Assembly (NCBI GenBank): GCA_964591225.1
Contig: CAZQAO010000001.1
Span: 6,159 to 41,902 of the forward strand
Reading direction: 5' to 3'
DNA: 35,744 bases
Source: an uncultured Muribaculaceae bacterium
GTDB taxonomy: Bacteria; Bacillota_I; Bacilli_A; RF39; UBA660
Shown: positions 1-10,286 of the stretch, one piece after another
Numbering within the stretch: the first letter of the stretch is position 1
Layout of the letters: the number at the start of each line of letters is the position of its first letter
Translations under genes and position numbers: made by a program
Notes under the pieces: model-generated
Seen by the model: the letters and a program-made list of their open reading frames with translations, nothing else
The model's database searches: none
What the model was told of the DNA's origin: nothing

Positions 1-3
1 AAC

Positions 4-1608
4 ATGGAACAGATGGGTGAAACACCACCAAATATGAATGATGGTAATTTAGAAAATAATGATGAGACTCCTCCAGAAAAACCGGAAGGTGAAAATAATG
101 ATATGGTACCACCCGAAATGCCTAATACCAATAATAATATGACACCTCCCGATATGGATAATGGTACAGAGAAAATTAACCCAGTTTATTATGTAATATT
201 TGGAGTTGAAAGTTTAATATTATCTATTCTAATAATTTATTTGTTTATGTCTAAATTTAATAATAAAACATTTAAAGAAACTTTTGAAAATTCTGATAAA
301 AAGATAATATATATTTTAAGTATTATTATTTTGACTGGAGGATTAACTTTTGCTGAATATATGGTAACAGCTAAAATGATAAGCAATAACGAAGTAAATA
401 TATCAGAACCAAATAAGGAAGTTTCATACTCTAGTTCTCATGAAATAACCGCTTCAACTACTAAAACAAGTGGTAAGTATGAAAGTAAGAAGAAAGATGA
501 AAATGCTCTTTTAGTAAGTGGGGATATCGATGTAGATTTAAGTAATATTGAAGTAACTAAAATGGGTGATTCAAATAGCGGTGATAATACTAGTTTTTAT
601 GGTATAAATTCTGCTATCATTGGTAAAAATGGTGCTAATTTAATATTAAAAGATATTACGGTTACTACTAATGCAAATGGCTCTAATGGTGTCTTTAGTT
701 ATGGGGGCTCAGCTACAAATAATTCTTCGGGAGATGGAACTAATATAGAAATAAGTAATTCAAAAATAACAACAACGAAAGATAATTCTGGGGGGATAAT
801 GACAACAGGTGGCGGAACAATGGTAGCTAAAAATCTAACTATTAATACCTCTGGAGTATCAAGTGCAGCTATTAGAACAGATCGTGGCGGTGGCACAGTT
901 TTAGTTGATGGCGGAACTTATACAACTACGGGAGCTGGTTCACCGAGTATTTATTCGACCGCAGATATAACTGTCAAAAACGCTAACCTAATTTCTAAAT
1001 CTGCCGAAGGTATTGTTATTGAAGGTAAAAATAAAGTATCTTTAGAAAATACCAATTTAACTGCTACTAATAACTCTTTAAATGGTCAATCTACAACTTA
1101 TAAAAATATTTTTCTGTATCAATCGATGAGTGGTGATGCTCTAACGGGAACTTCCGAATTTAGTGCTAAAGATTCTAATATAACCACTAATAAAGGCGAT
1201 ACTTTTTATATTACTAATACTAATGCTAAAATTACTTTAATAAATAATAAAATTGTTAATAATGATAGTACAGGTTACTTTTTAAGAGCTCAAAAAGATT
1301 CATGGGGTCAAAGTGATTCTAATGGTGGTGATGTTACTCTTTCAATGACCAATCAACAAGCAAATGGTGAAATAGCAATTGATGCTTTATCTACTTTAGA
1401 TATGACTTTAACAAATAATTCTTATTATGAAGGAACTATTAATAATGATAATAGTGCTAAATATTTAAAGATAACGTTAGATAAAACTTCACGAATTAAA
1501 TTGACCGGGGATAGTTATATAAACGAATTAGATAACGCAGATAGGACCAATAGTAATATTGATTTTAATGGGTATAAGTTGTATGTTAATAAAACCGTTT
1601 TAAATTAA
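4..1608 (+). CDS. Membrane-anchored beta-helix (pectin lyase/adhesin-like) protein with N-terminal Pro-Met-rich repeats; probably 5'-truncated by the window edge
   Basis: Frame open from base 1; PPNM/PPEKP/PPEMP/PPDM repeats, two hydrophobic segments, then Gly/Thr/Asn/Ser-rich repeats (ITTTKDNSGGIMTTGGG, INTSGVSSAAIRTDRGGG) typical of parallel beta-helices. Confidence 0.6.
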   Translation: MEQMGETPPNMNDGNLENNDETPPEKPEGENNDMVPPEMPNTNNNMTPPDMDNGTEKINPVYYVIFGVESLILSILIIYLFMSKFNNKTFKETFENSDKKIIYILSIIILTGGLTFAEYMVTAKMISNNEVNISEPNKEVSYSSSHEITASTTKTSGKYESKKKDENALLVSGDIDVDLSNIEVTKMGDSNSGDNTSFYGINSAIIGKNGANLILKDITVTTNANGSNGVFSYGGSATNNSSGDGTNIEISNSKITTTKDNSGGIMTTGGGTMVAKNLTINTSGVSSAAIRTDRGGGTVLVDGGTYTTTGAGSPSIYSTADITVKNANLISKSAEGIVIEGKNKVSLENTNLTATNNSLNGQSTTYKNIFLYQSMSGDALTGTSEFSAKDSNITTNKGDTFYITNTNAKITLINNKIVNNDSTGYFLRAQKDSWGQSDSNGGDVTLSMTNQQANGEIAIDALSTLDMTLTNNSYYEGTINNDNSAKYLKITLDKTSRIKLTGDSYINELDNADRTNSNIDFNGYKLYVNKTVLN

Positions 1609-1628
1609 AGGAAAGGAGGTTTTTTAAG

Positions 1629-2306
1629 GTGCGTATTTTAGTAATAGAAGATGAATATGCTCTAGCTGATGTCATTGCTACTAAGTTAAAACAAGAAAAA
1701 TATGAAGTAGATATTAGTGTCGATGGTGCTGATGGCTTAGATAATGCCTTAACTAATATTTATGATCTTATTATATTAGATATTATGTTGCCAAAAATAA
1801 ATGGAATGGAAATATTAAAAACTATCAAAGAAAATGATATTACAGCTAAAGTTATTATGCTTACTGCTAAGTCAGGACTAGATGATAAATTAACCAGTTT
1901 TAATACCGGTGCTGATGATTATGTAACTAAACCATTTCATATTGAAGAACTAGTCGCCAGAGTAAATGTGCAATTAAGAAAAAAAGATAAAACTAAAATA
2001 ACGGATATTCTCTTATATAGTGATTTATCTTTAAATATTAGAACCTCGACGTTAACTTGTACGAAAACCAATGAATCCATTAATATTCCGTATCGGGAAT
2101 TAATGTTGTTAGAATATTTTATGACTAATAAAGAAATGATTATTTCTAAAGAACAAATATATGATAAAGTTTGGGGAATTGATAATGACTACGAATCAAA
2201 TAATTTAGAAGCTTATCTTTCTTTTTTACGAAAAAAACTGAAAATTATTGGATCTAATGTAAATATCAAAGCTGTTCGTAATCTTGGTTATAAAATGGAG
2301 GATTAA
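1629..2306 (+). CDS. OmpR/PhoB-family response regulator (CiaR-like)
   Basis: Receiver motifs IEDE, DLIILDIMLP, LTAK, GADDYVTKPF; winged-helix VWG..YLSFLRKKL..VRNLGY; GTG start after GGAAAGGAGG. Confidence 0.95.
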   Translation: MRILVIEDEYALADVIATKLKQEKYEVDISVDGADGLDNALTNIYDLIILDIMLPKINGMEILKTIKENDITAKVIMLTAKSGLDDKLTSFNTGADDYVTKPFHIEELVARVNVQLRKKDKTKITDILLYSDLSLNIRTSTLTCTKTNESINIPYRELMLLEYFMTNKEMIISKEQIYDKVWGIDNDYESNNLEAYLSFLRKKLKIIGSNVNIKAVRNLGYKMED

Positions 2307-2309
2307 AAA

Positions 2310-3542
2310 ATGAAAGATTTAAAAAAGAAAACTTTTTATATTATATTTTTAATTTTATCATTATTTTCACTATCTTTCGCTTTTTTATTTAATTTTCAAG
2401 TTTATCGCCGCGAATATAATGGGGTTAAAAATAGTATTACTAGTTTGTGGGAATTGATAAATCAAGAAAGAAATTTTTTTATGGATAATCCGAAATATGA
2501 TGATGATTTAAAAAATCATATGATTATGGATTATGAAGTATATACATTTATATTAGATCGAAATAATCATATTATTGATAAAATTAGTCATAGTAATATA
2601 CCTATTGATGATAAAGTAATCGAAAAAGCCGAAAGTATTTTAGCAAAATCCGATTCTAATAAAGTTCATATTGGTAGTCTTTATTTTAGTAATTATGCTT
2701 ATAATTTAAATAATGGTCAATTTTTAACAATTGTGCGTACTAAAAATGTTCAAAAGAGATTAATGTTAGCTTTTTTAACTTCAGTTTTGATAGTAAGTTT
2801 AGGGGAAATACTAATATATATTATAACGAAAAAGATAACCGAGTGGATTACTAAACCAGTGGAAGAAAGTTTTAATAAACAAAAAGAATTTGTGGTCAAT
2901 GCTTCTCATGAGTTAAAAACTCCTTTAGCAGTAATGATTGCTAGTATTGATTGTTTAGAACCAAGTAAAAAAAATGAAAAATGGATAAATAATCTTAAAT
3001 CAGAATCCGAAAGAATGAATCGTTTGATTACTAGATTACTTGATTTAGCTAAATCAGAGGATTACTTATTGCAAGAAGATTTTAAAGTTTGTAATATCTC
3101 TAAAATTATTGAAAAAAGAGCTTTAACTTTTGAAAGTTTAGCTTATGAGAAAAAGATATCTATTGAGACTGAAATTGCAGAAAATATTAATTTTCTTTGT
3201 AATTCGGAAAGTATCGATGAATTAATTACTATTTTAATAGATAATGCTCTTAGTCACAGTGAACCTAATAATGCGGTGACGATAAAATTAGTTGCTCATA
3301 AAAATGAAATTAGTATTGAAGTTATTAATAAGGGGGAAGCTATTAAAAAGGAAGATAGTGAAAAAATATTTGAACGCTTTTATCGAAGTGATAAATCCAG
3401 AAATCGAAATGACAATAGATATGGTTTAGGTCTATCTATTGCCAAGAATATTGTGGAAAGCCATAATGGTCTTATAAAAGCTTATTCAAGTGATGGTTAT
3501 ACTACTTTTAAAGTTATTTTTAAAACTAAAAATATAAATTAA
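2310..3542 (+). CDS. Sensor histidine kinase (CiaH-like)
   Basis: Two TM segments, H-box FVVNASHELKTPLAV, N-box LIDNA, IFERFYR, G2 GLGLSIAK. Confidence 0.95.
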   Translation: MKDLKKKTFYIIFLILSLFSLSFAFLFNFQVYRREYNGVKNSITSLWELINQERNFFMDNPKYDDDLKNHMIMDYEVYTFILDRNNHIIDKISHSNIPIDDKVIEKAESILAKSDSNKVHIGSLYFSNYAYNLNNGQFLTIVRTKNVQKRLMLAFLTSVLIVSLGEILIYIITKKITEWITKPVEESFNKQKEFVVNASHELKTPLAVMIASIDCLEPSKKNEKWINNLKSESERMNRLITRLLDLAKSEDYLLQEDFKVCNISKIIEKRALTFESLAYEKKISIETEIAENINFLCNSESIDELITILIDNALSHSEPNNAVTIKLVAHKNEISIEVINKGEAIKKEDSEKIFERFYRSDKSRNRNDNRYGLGLSIAKNIVESHNGLIKAYSSDGYTTFKVIFKTKNIN

Positions 3543-3548
3543 AATATT

Positions 3549-3581
3549 TTTAATGTTTCTTTAATGTTAATAAATTAAAAT
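3549..3581 (+). promoter_or_regulatory. CiaR-type tandem box and -10 element upstream of htrA
   Basis: TTTAAT(3549-3554)-N5-TTTAAT(3560-3565)-N10-TAAAAT(3576-3581). Confidence 0.5.
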
Positions 3582-3693
3582 CATATTGACAGAAAGGTGG
3601 TATAATTAAGAAGTAGCCAAAATTAAACCAAAGCAAATAAATATTGTTTTGGTCTTACGAAATGAATATAATGTAAAGAAAGGTGAAGAATAA

Positions 3694-4989
3694 ATGTTTA
3701 AAGATGAAGAAAATAGAGATGAATCTAAAAAAAATGTTAAAAAAGAAATAAAAGCTAAAAAAGTGGAAATCATTGATAGTGATGAAAGACCGCAAAAAAA
3801 TAGTAGTTCCAAAAATAATAACAATAGTAAATCAATTGGTATTATTTTGGTTTGTATAGTAGTTGCTATTGTTGTACTAGCTCTAGCGATGTATTTAGTT
3901 AAGACCGTATTTCCTAAAGTAAAATCAACTATAACCAATGCTAATAATGAAAAAATAGAATTAAAGTATACCGATACTTATGATAATCAAACTGAAGGAA
4001 TATATATTACTGATGTTTCGAATGTTGTTGAAAATGTTATGCCTTCTATTGTATCTATTACTAGTAAAACGTTAATTTCTTCCGGAACTTTTGGACCTAG
4101 TTTCTTTGGTAAAGAAAGATATGCTGAAGGTGCGGGATCAGGAATAATTATTAGTAAATCTTCTTCTGATTTAATGATTTTAACCAATAATCACGTTGTT
4201 TCTGATGCTAGTGAATTAGCAGTTCAATTTATTAATGAGAAAAGTTATGATGCTAAAATTGTCGGAACTTCTGAAAGAAAAGATATTGCAGTTATATCAA
4301 TTCCTTTAAATGCGATTGATAAGGAAACTTTAGAAGTTGTTAAAATTGCGACGATGGGTGATTCTACCCAATTAAAAGTAGGTAATGGTATTATTGCAAT
4401 AGGTAATGCTTTAGGTTATGGTCAATCAGTTACAACTGGTGTAGTTAGTGCTTTAGATCGTGAAGTATCAGTCGATAGTTATACTAATAAAATGATTCAA
4501 ATAGATGCTGCTATTAATGGTGGCAATAGTGGTGGTGCCTTACTTAATAGTAAAGGGGAAGTAGTTGGTATTAATTCTGCTAAATACTCATCCAGTGCTT
4601 TAACTTCTTCGACATCAATCGAAGGAATGGGATTTGCTATTCCTATATCTGATGTTAGTGAACTTATTACTACTCTTATGAACGGGGAAGAAGATAGTAG
4701 TGCTTCGATTGGAATTGAAGGACGTATTATCGATGAACAATATAGTGAAAATTATAATATTCCGACCGGATTTTATATTTCTAAAATTGTAGCTGGTAGT
4801 GGTGCTGATAAATCAGACTTAGAAATTGGTAATATTATTACGAAAATTAATGGTAAAGAGGTAACCGATTTAAGTGATATACAAGATGTTCTTTATGAAC
4901 TTGATGAAGGTGATACAGTTAAACTAACAGTTAGTTATATTAGTGGTCGAGAATATAAAGAAAAAACTGTAACAGTAACTTTATCATAA
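3694..4989 (+). CDS. htrA: HtrA/DegP-family membrane-anchored serine protease with PDZ domain
   Basis: N-terminal TM, GSGII, LTNNHVV, KDIAVI, DAAINGGNSGGAL, C-terminal PDZ. Confidence 0.93.
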   Translation: MFKDEENRDESKKNVKKEIKAKKVEIIDSDERPQKNSSSKNNNNSKSIGIILVCIVVAIVVLALAMYLVKTVFPKVKSTITNANNEKIELKYTDTYDNQTEGIYITDVSNVVENVMPSIVSITSKTLISSGTFGPSFFGKERYAEGAGSGIIISKSSSDLMILTNNHVVSDASELAVQFINEKSYDAKIVGTSERKDIAVISIPLNAIDKETLEVVKIATMGDSTQLKVGNGIIAIGNALGYGQSVTTGVVSALDREVSVDSYTNKMIQIDAAINGGNSGGALLNSKGEVVGINSAKYSSSALTSSTSIEGMGFAIPISDVSELITTLMNGEEDSSASIGIEGRIIDEQYSENYNIPTGFYISKIVAGSGADKSDLEIGNIITKINGKEVTDLSDIQDVLYELDEGDTVKLTVSYISGREYKEKTVTVTLS

Positions 4990-4991
4990 TT

Positions 4992-5480
4992 ATGAAAAAG
5001 ATTATTATTTATTTTAGTAGAGCTTTTGAAAATTATGCAGTTGGATATATTGATAGAGGTAATACAGAAGTTATTGCTCAATATATTCACGAGATAACTA
5101 AGGCTCCTCTTTTTAAAGTAGAACCTTTAGTACCATATAGTAAAGAATATGATCATTGTGTCTTAGAAGCTAAAGAAAGAATTAAAACCCATAATGCTCC
5201 CATTAAAGAAATGGTGCCAGATTTAGCAGATTACGATGTCATTTACATTGGCACTCCTGTGTATTTTGGCGGTATGCCGGAAGAAATGGTAACGGCATTA
5301 AGTAATCAAGATTTTACCGGTAAGATTATTAAACCATTTGTAACTCATGAAGGTAGCGGTTTTGCAAAAGTTCCTACCCAATTAAAAAGTATTTGTAAGT
5401 CAGCCCAAATTGAAAATTGTTTAGCGATAAAAGGGGTAGACGTAGAAAAATCTCGGCATATTGTCGAAGAATGGGTTTAA
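4992..5480 (+). CDS. Flavodoxin
   Basis: YFSR..GNTEVIA, YIGTPVYFGGMP, FVTHEGSG. Confidence 0.88.
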   Translation: MKKIIIYFSRAFENYAVGYIDRGNTEVIAQYIHEITKAPLFKVEPLVPYSKEYDHCVLEAKERIKTHNAPIKEMVPDLADYDVIYIGTPVYFGGMPEEMVTALSNQDFTGKIIKPFVTHEGSGFAKVPTQLKSICKSAQIENCLAIKGVDVEKSRHIVEEWV

Positions 5481-5481
5481 A

Positions 5482-5508
5482 AAAACTCGAATTAAACATT
5501 CGAGTTTT
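5482..5508. terminator. Bidirectional intrinsic terminator
   Basis: AAAACTCGAAT-taaac-ATTCGAGTTTT perfect inverted repeat between convergent genes. Confidence 0.8.
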
Positions 5509-5517
5509 AATATGGTA

Positions 5518-7329
5518 TTAATTAAATATTTTGTCAATTCCTTTAATAAGTTCCGTAATTAAATTACTGGATTTACTAGAATAAATTAGATTCTTAGCTA
5601 GAGTAGGATCATCAGTAATAATATTATCGACATTTAATTCAATCATTTTATTCATATTTTCTTTGGTATTGACAGTCCAAGCATAGATTTGTTTACCTTC
5701 GTTGTGAACTCTAGAAACCATACTTTTAGTGACACTAGAGGCTTCGACACTAAAGTAATCAGCAGCTTCTAATTTAGTTACATCACCATAAGCTAAAGCG
5801 GTCACATAAGCTGTTGTAATATCTTTATTTACTTTTTTAAAATTTTCTAAAACTTCATATACTTGGGAAGTAATAACACAATCTTTTTCAAAGTGATATT
5901 TTTCAATAATATCAGCGACATTTTGTTCAAAATTATCTTCATATCCTGTCGGTTTTAATTCAATATTTAGTTTCATATTATTTTCTTTCGCCCATTTTAT
6001 AACATCTTCTAATAATGGTACAGGTTCACCTTTAAATTTTTTATCTTTAAAAGAACCAACATCTAGTTTTTGAATATCACTTAAAGTAGCTTCCCAGGTA
6101 TTTAAATTAACACCTGCCGTTCTTTTAAAGTTACTATCATGAATAACAATAATATAATTATCTTTGGTTTGTTGGACGTCTAATTCTACCCAATCTGCTC
6201 CTAAGTCTTTAGCACCAATAAATGCTTGCATCGTATTTTCCGGATAGAGAACGGATGCTCCCCGATGAGCTGTTACTTCCATGGTTCTTACATATTCAAT
6301 ATTAAGATTTAATTTACCATTAATAATTAAATAAGTAAGACACGTTAAGATAATTAAAATAATAAAAGTAATAATTGTGACAACTAAGTTTTTCTTTTTC
6401 TTTTCTACTTTTTCTTCTGCTAAAGAAACATAATGAATATCTTCTTTGCTTTCAGTTTTATGTTGATAGAATAAAACACTTAATATAGTATAACTAACTG
6501 CTGTCGATAGAATCGAATAGATAATTAAAGATAATAATATAATTAGCCAAGTAATAGTAATTAAAAAGGAATTTAAAATATCAAAATGATTAAAGACTTT
6601 ATTAATTAAAATAATGATTAAAATTTCTATCGCTATAAATAAAAGATAAATGATAATTATCAAAAATTGCGTCAAACCGATTTTTAATAGATCTTTAAGA
6701 TGGTGATGTTTACTTAAATTTTTACTTTTAATAGTGGCTTTTCTAAAACTACAATCTTCTAGAAAATAGTAATGTAAACTATAAATCCAACGTAGTAGTA
6801 AACCGATTAAGAAAATAATTAAGATGATAAAAAAGAAGAACAAAGTTTGATTGGCATGAATATATTCCATAATAAATTCTGGTATTTTAATACTCGATAT
6901 TAAGTTAGCACCAATTCCAATATTTAAAAAAGGAATTAAAAAGATTACTAAGAAAATCATTAAAATATTTTTTAATTGAAATACCTTTAAAGCTCTTTTA
7001 AAAGAATATTTAATAGCTTCTTTTAAAGCAATAGTTTTCTTTTGATAAGAGCCATCAATTAATACGATAATTACCCCGATATCAAATAGACTATAAAATG
7101 TCATCAAGATAAATAATAAAATTAGCATAATAATAGTTAGGGGATTACTTAGAAAACTAAAAAAATTTTCTTTAGTTAAATAAGGGAAACCCGTAATATT
7201 CATAATTAAATTAAATAACTTTAAAAATAGCGGAGAAAAAATAATTATGGTCAGTAACTTAAAAATAAATTCAAATTTAAGCATATTTTTAAAATTATAA
7301 TGAAATATGTTTTTTAATTTTGTTAGCAT
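5518..7329 (-). CDS. Glycerophosphodiester phosphodiesterase with N-terminal membrane domain
   Basis: Multi-TM N-half; TAHRG, PENT, VELDVQ, IHD, NIELK, AWTVN, IITDDP; ATG at 7329 chosen for GAGGTG RBS (ORF extends to 7338). Confidence 0.92.
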   Translation of the reverse strand: MLTKLKNIFHYNFKNMLKFEFIFKLLTIIIFSPLFLKLFNLIMNITGFPYLTKENFFSFLSNPLTIIMLILLFILMTFYSLFDIGVIIVLIDGSYQKKTIALKEAIKYSFKRALKVFQLKNILMIFLVIFLIPFLNIGIGANLISSIKIPEFIMEYIHANQTLFFFFIILIIFLIGLLLRWIYSLHYYFLEDCSFRKATIKSKNLSKHHHLKDLLKIGLTQFLIIIIYLLFIAIEILIIILINKVFNHFDILNSFLITITWLIILLSLIIYSILSTAVSYTILSVLFYQHKTESKEDIHYVSLAEEKVEKKKKNLVVTIITFIILIILTCLTYLIINGKLNLNIEYVRTMEVTAHRGASVLYPENTMQAFIGAKDLGADWVELDVQQTKDNYIIVIHDSNFKRTAGVNLNTWEATLSDIQKLDVGSFKDKKFKGEPVPLLEDVIKWAKENNMKLNIELKPTGYEDNFEQNVADIIEKYHFEKDCVITSQVYEVLENFKKVNKDITTAYVTALAYGDVTKLEAADYFSVEASSVTKSMVSRVHNEGKQIYAWTVNTKENMNKMIELNVDNIITDDPTLAKNLIYSSKSSNLITELIKGIDKIFN

Positions 7330-7473
7330 TATCTTCACCTCTAATTTTTCTTATTAGTTTGGCATATTATTTAATATGAGTTAATATTTAAAATATTGTT
7401 AAATCGTTTTAATAGTGATACAATTGTAACATCGGTAAAATGAAATTGCAAGTCGTGAGTTGGAGTGAGAATA

Positions 7474-8133
7474 ATGCCTAAAGAGAGTAAGAAAGATATT
7501 TTTAATAAGTTTGTGTTTATGTTTATCATCGGTAGTGTGCTTGGAACTTATCATGAACAAATATTATACTTAATTAAACATTATTTAGTTTCCGGAGAAA
7601 TTACTTGGGTTTCGAGAAGAGGATTACTTTATGGTCCTTTTAGTCCGATATATGGTATTGGTGCCGTTATAATTTATTTTCTATTCTGTTTTAAAAAACG
7701 GAAATGGTATGTTAGTTTTACTTATGGCTGTCTTTTAGGGGGAATCTATGAATATGTCATGAGTTTTTTACAAGAAAAAATATGGGGTACAGTTTCGTGG
7801 GATTATAGTAATCGCTTTTTAAATATTGGTGGTAGAACTACAGTTCCTTATATGATTTTTTGGGGTTTATTAGCTTTAGCCTTTGTTTATTTTATTTATC
7901 CCTTAATTTGTAAGATTTATAATAAGATTCCTAGTAAAATAGCCAATGTTGTTTTTATAGTTTTATTTATATTTTTAGTTGGTGATATACTTATTTCAGT
8001 AGTGGCGGTAACTCGTCAATCATTAAGACATAAAGGTGTAGAAGCTAAGACTTTTATCGGTAGATTTTGTGATAAACATTATACCGATGAATTTTTAAAG
8101 AAAATTTATGCGAATACATGGTTTGTCGAGTAA
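7474..8133 (+). CDS. Putative ABC transporter permease-like membrane protein (DUF1113/CmpB family)
   Basis: RRGLLYGPFSPIYGIG, YEY, WDYS..FLNIGGR, WG motifs; ATG at 7474 after GGAGTG. Confidence 0.8.
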   Translation: MPKESKKDIFNKFVFMFIIGSVLGTYHEQILYLIKHYLVSGEITWVSRRGLLYGPFSPIYGIGAVIIYFLFCFKKRKWYVSFTYGCLLGGIYEYVMSFLQEKIWGTVSWDYSNRFLNIGGRTTVPYMIFWGLLALAFVYFIYPLICKIYNKIPSKIANVVFIVLFIFLVGDILISVVAVTRQSLRHKGVEAKTFIGRFCDKHYTDEFLKKIYANTWFVE

Positions 8134-8147
8134 AATTTTCTCTTAAT

Positions 8148-8224
8148 GTTCTAGTAGCTCAGTTGGATAGAGCGTTGGCCTCCGAAGCCAAAGGTCATGA
8201 GTTCGAATCTCATCTAGAACACCA
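8148..8224 (+). tRNA. tRNA-Arg(CCG)
   Basis: Acceptor GTTCTAG/CTAGAAC, anticodon arm TTGGC-CTCCGAA-GCCAA, TTCGAAT T-loop, A20, encoded CCA. Confidence 0.96.
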
Positions 8225-8264
8225 GTAAGTAATATAATTTTTAATATATAAAAAAAATAAATGC

Positions 8265-8702
8265 CTATTTAGCATTATTTTTTTTCGTTCTTGAAGATTT
8301 AGTTTTGGTTTTGGGTGTAGTTTTTAATTCATCCCGAATTTCTTTTAAAATACTTAATTCAGTTTCTACAATTTCTTCTTTTTCTTGTTCTTCTGCCTCT
8401 TGTTTTTTTCTTCCTAAAGAAGATAATTTATTAACAAATTTAACAAATAAAAAGACACAGAAAGCAATAATTAAAAAATCAATTATATTTTGAATAAACA
8501 TACCATAAGCAATTTTGGCTTTACCTATAGTAAGCGATAAATTACTAAAATCAATACCTCCTAGAAAAGTACCAATCACTGGCATTAAAATATCATTTAC
8601 TAAAGAAGAAACAATTTTACTAAAAGCTCCTCCAATAATAACACCAACTGCTAAATCAACGACATTTCCTCGCGAAATAAATTCTTTAAATTCTTTTAAC
8701 AT
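8265..8702 (-). CDS. mscL: Large-conductance mechanosensitive channel
   Basis: [42 protein letters not shown]. Confidence 0.97.
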   Translation of the reverse strand: MLKEFKEFISRGNVVDLAVGVIIGGAFSKIVSSLVNDILMPVIGTFLGGIDFSNLSLTIGKAKIAYGMFIQNIIDFLIIAFCVFLFVKFVNKLSSLGRKKQEAEEQEKEEIVETELSILKEIRDELKTTPKTKTKSSRTKKNNAK

Positions 8703-8789
8703 ATAAACTCCTTTCGCCCTTATTATAACACAGGAAAAATCGTTAACAAATATTATTTCATTTGATATAATGAGCTAGAGGTGGAACAA

Positions 8790-9413
8790 ATGGAATATTT
8801 AGATATTTATGATGAAGAAGGTAACTTCCTAGGGAAAGAAGATCGGCGGGTTGTTCATCAAAAAGGTCTTTGGCATAAAACAGTTCATTGTTGGCTTTAT
8901 GATACTGCTGGTAATATCTATTTTCAAATTAGAAAAGATAAAGGTAAAATGTATACGACAGCTTCTGGTCATGTTAAAGCCGGCGAAACAGTTAAAGAAG
9001 CATTTGGCAGAGAAGTAAAAGAAGAAATTGGTTATGCCATTGATTATGAAAAAGCTCAGTTAGTAGAAGTAGTTAATTTTAAGATGGATCGCCCTGAAAG
9101 TGATGGCTCTATTTTTAAAGATCGGGCTTTTGCTAATGTTTATGCTTGTTTATTTATGGGTAATTTAACAGAATTAAATTTTCAAGAAGAAGAAATTTCG
9201 GGAATTGTTAAAATAAATGCCGAAGCTACTTTAAATTTACTTAAAAATGAAAGTGGAACAATAGAATGTGAAGAATCATATAAAGAAAATGGTCAAGTTT
9301 TAGTAAGACCAAGGACCGTAAAATTTTCCGATTTCTTAGTTAATCCAGAAGAAATTGCTTTGCAAAAATATGGTAATGTTTTAGAATTTGTGATTCAAGC
9401 TATCAAAAAGTAG
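8790..9413 (+). CDS. NUDIX hydrolase
   Basis: Nudix box GHVKAGETVKEAFGREVKEEIG; EYLDIYD and VHQKGLWH N-terminus; ATG at 8790 after GAGGTGG. Confidence 0.88.
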   Translation: MEYLDIYDEEGNFLGKEDRRVVHQKGLWHKTVHCWLYDTAGNIYFQIRKDKGKMYTTASGHVKAGETVKEAFGREVKEEIGYAIDYEKAQLVEVVNFKMDRPESDGSIFKDRAFANVYACLFMGNLTELNFQEEEISGIVKINAEATLNLLKNESGTIECEESYKENGQVLVRPRTVKFSDFLVNPEEIALQKYGNVLEFVIQAIKK

Positions 9414-9422
9414 GGGATGTAA

Positions 9423-10286
9423 ATGATTGTTGCTATTGTGGGACCGACAGCGGTTGGTAAAACTAAATTGAGTATTGAATTAGCTAAAAAATATAACGGA
9501 ATTATCATTAATTGTGATGCTGTTCAAGTCTATCGTGATTTAAATATTGGTAGTGCGAAAATAACTGCAGAAGAAAAAGAGGGTATTCCCCATTTTTTAT
9601 TAGATGTAGCCGATTTAAATGATGTTTATACCGTTTATCATTATCAAAAAGAAGTGCGGGCGCTACTTAAAAAATACGCTAATCGTAATATTATCTTTGT
9701 TGGTGGCTCAGGTCTTTATTTACGAGCAGCGTTATATGATTATCGCTTTGATTCGGAAACAAAAACGAATGAATTTTTAGAATATAGTAATGAAGAATTA
9801 TATCAACTAGCTTTAAAAAAAGATCCTAATTGTCCTATTCATATTAATAATCGGAAACGTTTAATTAGATTTTTAAATCAAACTCATTCTCCTACTAATA
9901 GTAAACCTTTATATCCTGCTATCTATATTGGTTTAACGACAGATAGAAAAGTTTTATATCAAAAAATAGATAATCGCGTAGATAAAATGTTAGAACAGGG
10001 CTTAATGCAAGAAGTAAGTACTTTAGTAAGTAAATATCCGCATTCCCAAGTATTAAATACTGCTATTGGTTATAAAGAGTTAAAACAATATTTAAATAAA
10101 GAACTTACTTACGAAGAAGCCGTTAACCAAATAAAACAAAATTCTCGTCATTATGCTAAAAGACAATATACTTTTTTTAATCATCAATTTCCCGTTCAAT
10201 GGTTTGATGTTAATTATGATGATTTTGCAAAAACTATCAAAGAAGTCATAGCTTATATTGAAACTAAAAAAACTTCATTACATTGA
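9423..10286 (+). CDS. miaA: tRNA dimethylallyltransferase
   Basis: GPTAVGKT, DAVQVY, IGSAK, VGGSGLY, AIGYKE, YAKRQYT. Confidence 0.97.
   Translation: MIVAIVGPTAVGKTKLSIELAKKYNGIIINCDAVQVYRDLNIGSAKITAEEKEGIPHFLLDVADLNDVYTVYHYQKEVRALLKKYANRNIIFVGGSGLYLRAALYDYRFDSETKTNEFLEYSNEELYQLALKKDPNCPIHINNRKRLIRFLNQTHSPTNSKPLYPAIYIGLTTDRKVLYQKIDNRVDKMLEQGLMQEVSTLVSKYPHSQVLNTAIGYKELKQYLNKELTYEEAVNQIKQNSRHYAKRQYTFFNHQFPVQWFDVNYDDFAKTIKEVIAYIETKKTSLH

Noticed and set aside
3586-3606. TTGACA...TATAAT perfect hexamers
   Set aside because: Spacer is only 9 bp, not a sigmaA promoter
7355-7379. Sporulation promoter before the phosphodiesterase gene (TCATATT, CAAACTA)
   Set aside because: Spacing fits neither sigmaE nor sigmaG
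8148-8224. Arginine codon reassignment (CGG/AGG), reported in some low-GC Bacilli
   Set aside because: CGG encodes conserved Arg in DnaE GPGRGS and RsgA GRGKHTT, AGG sits in the phosphatase RGG.DN motif, and the tRNA keeps the A20 Arg identity element
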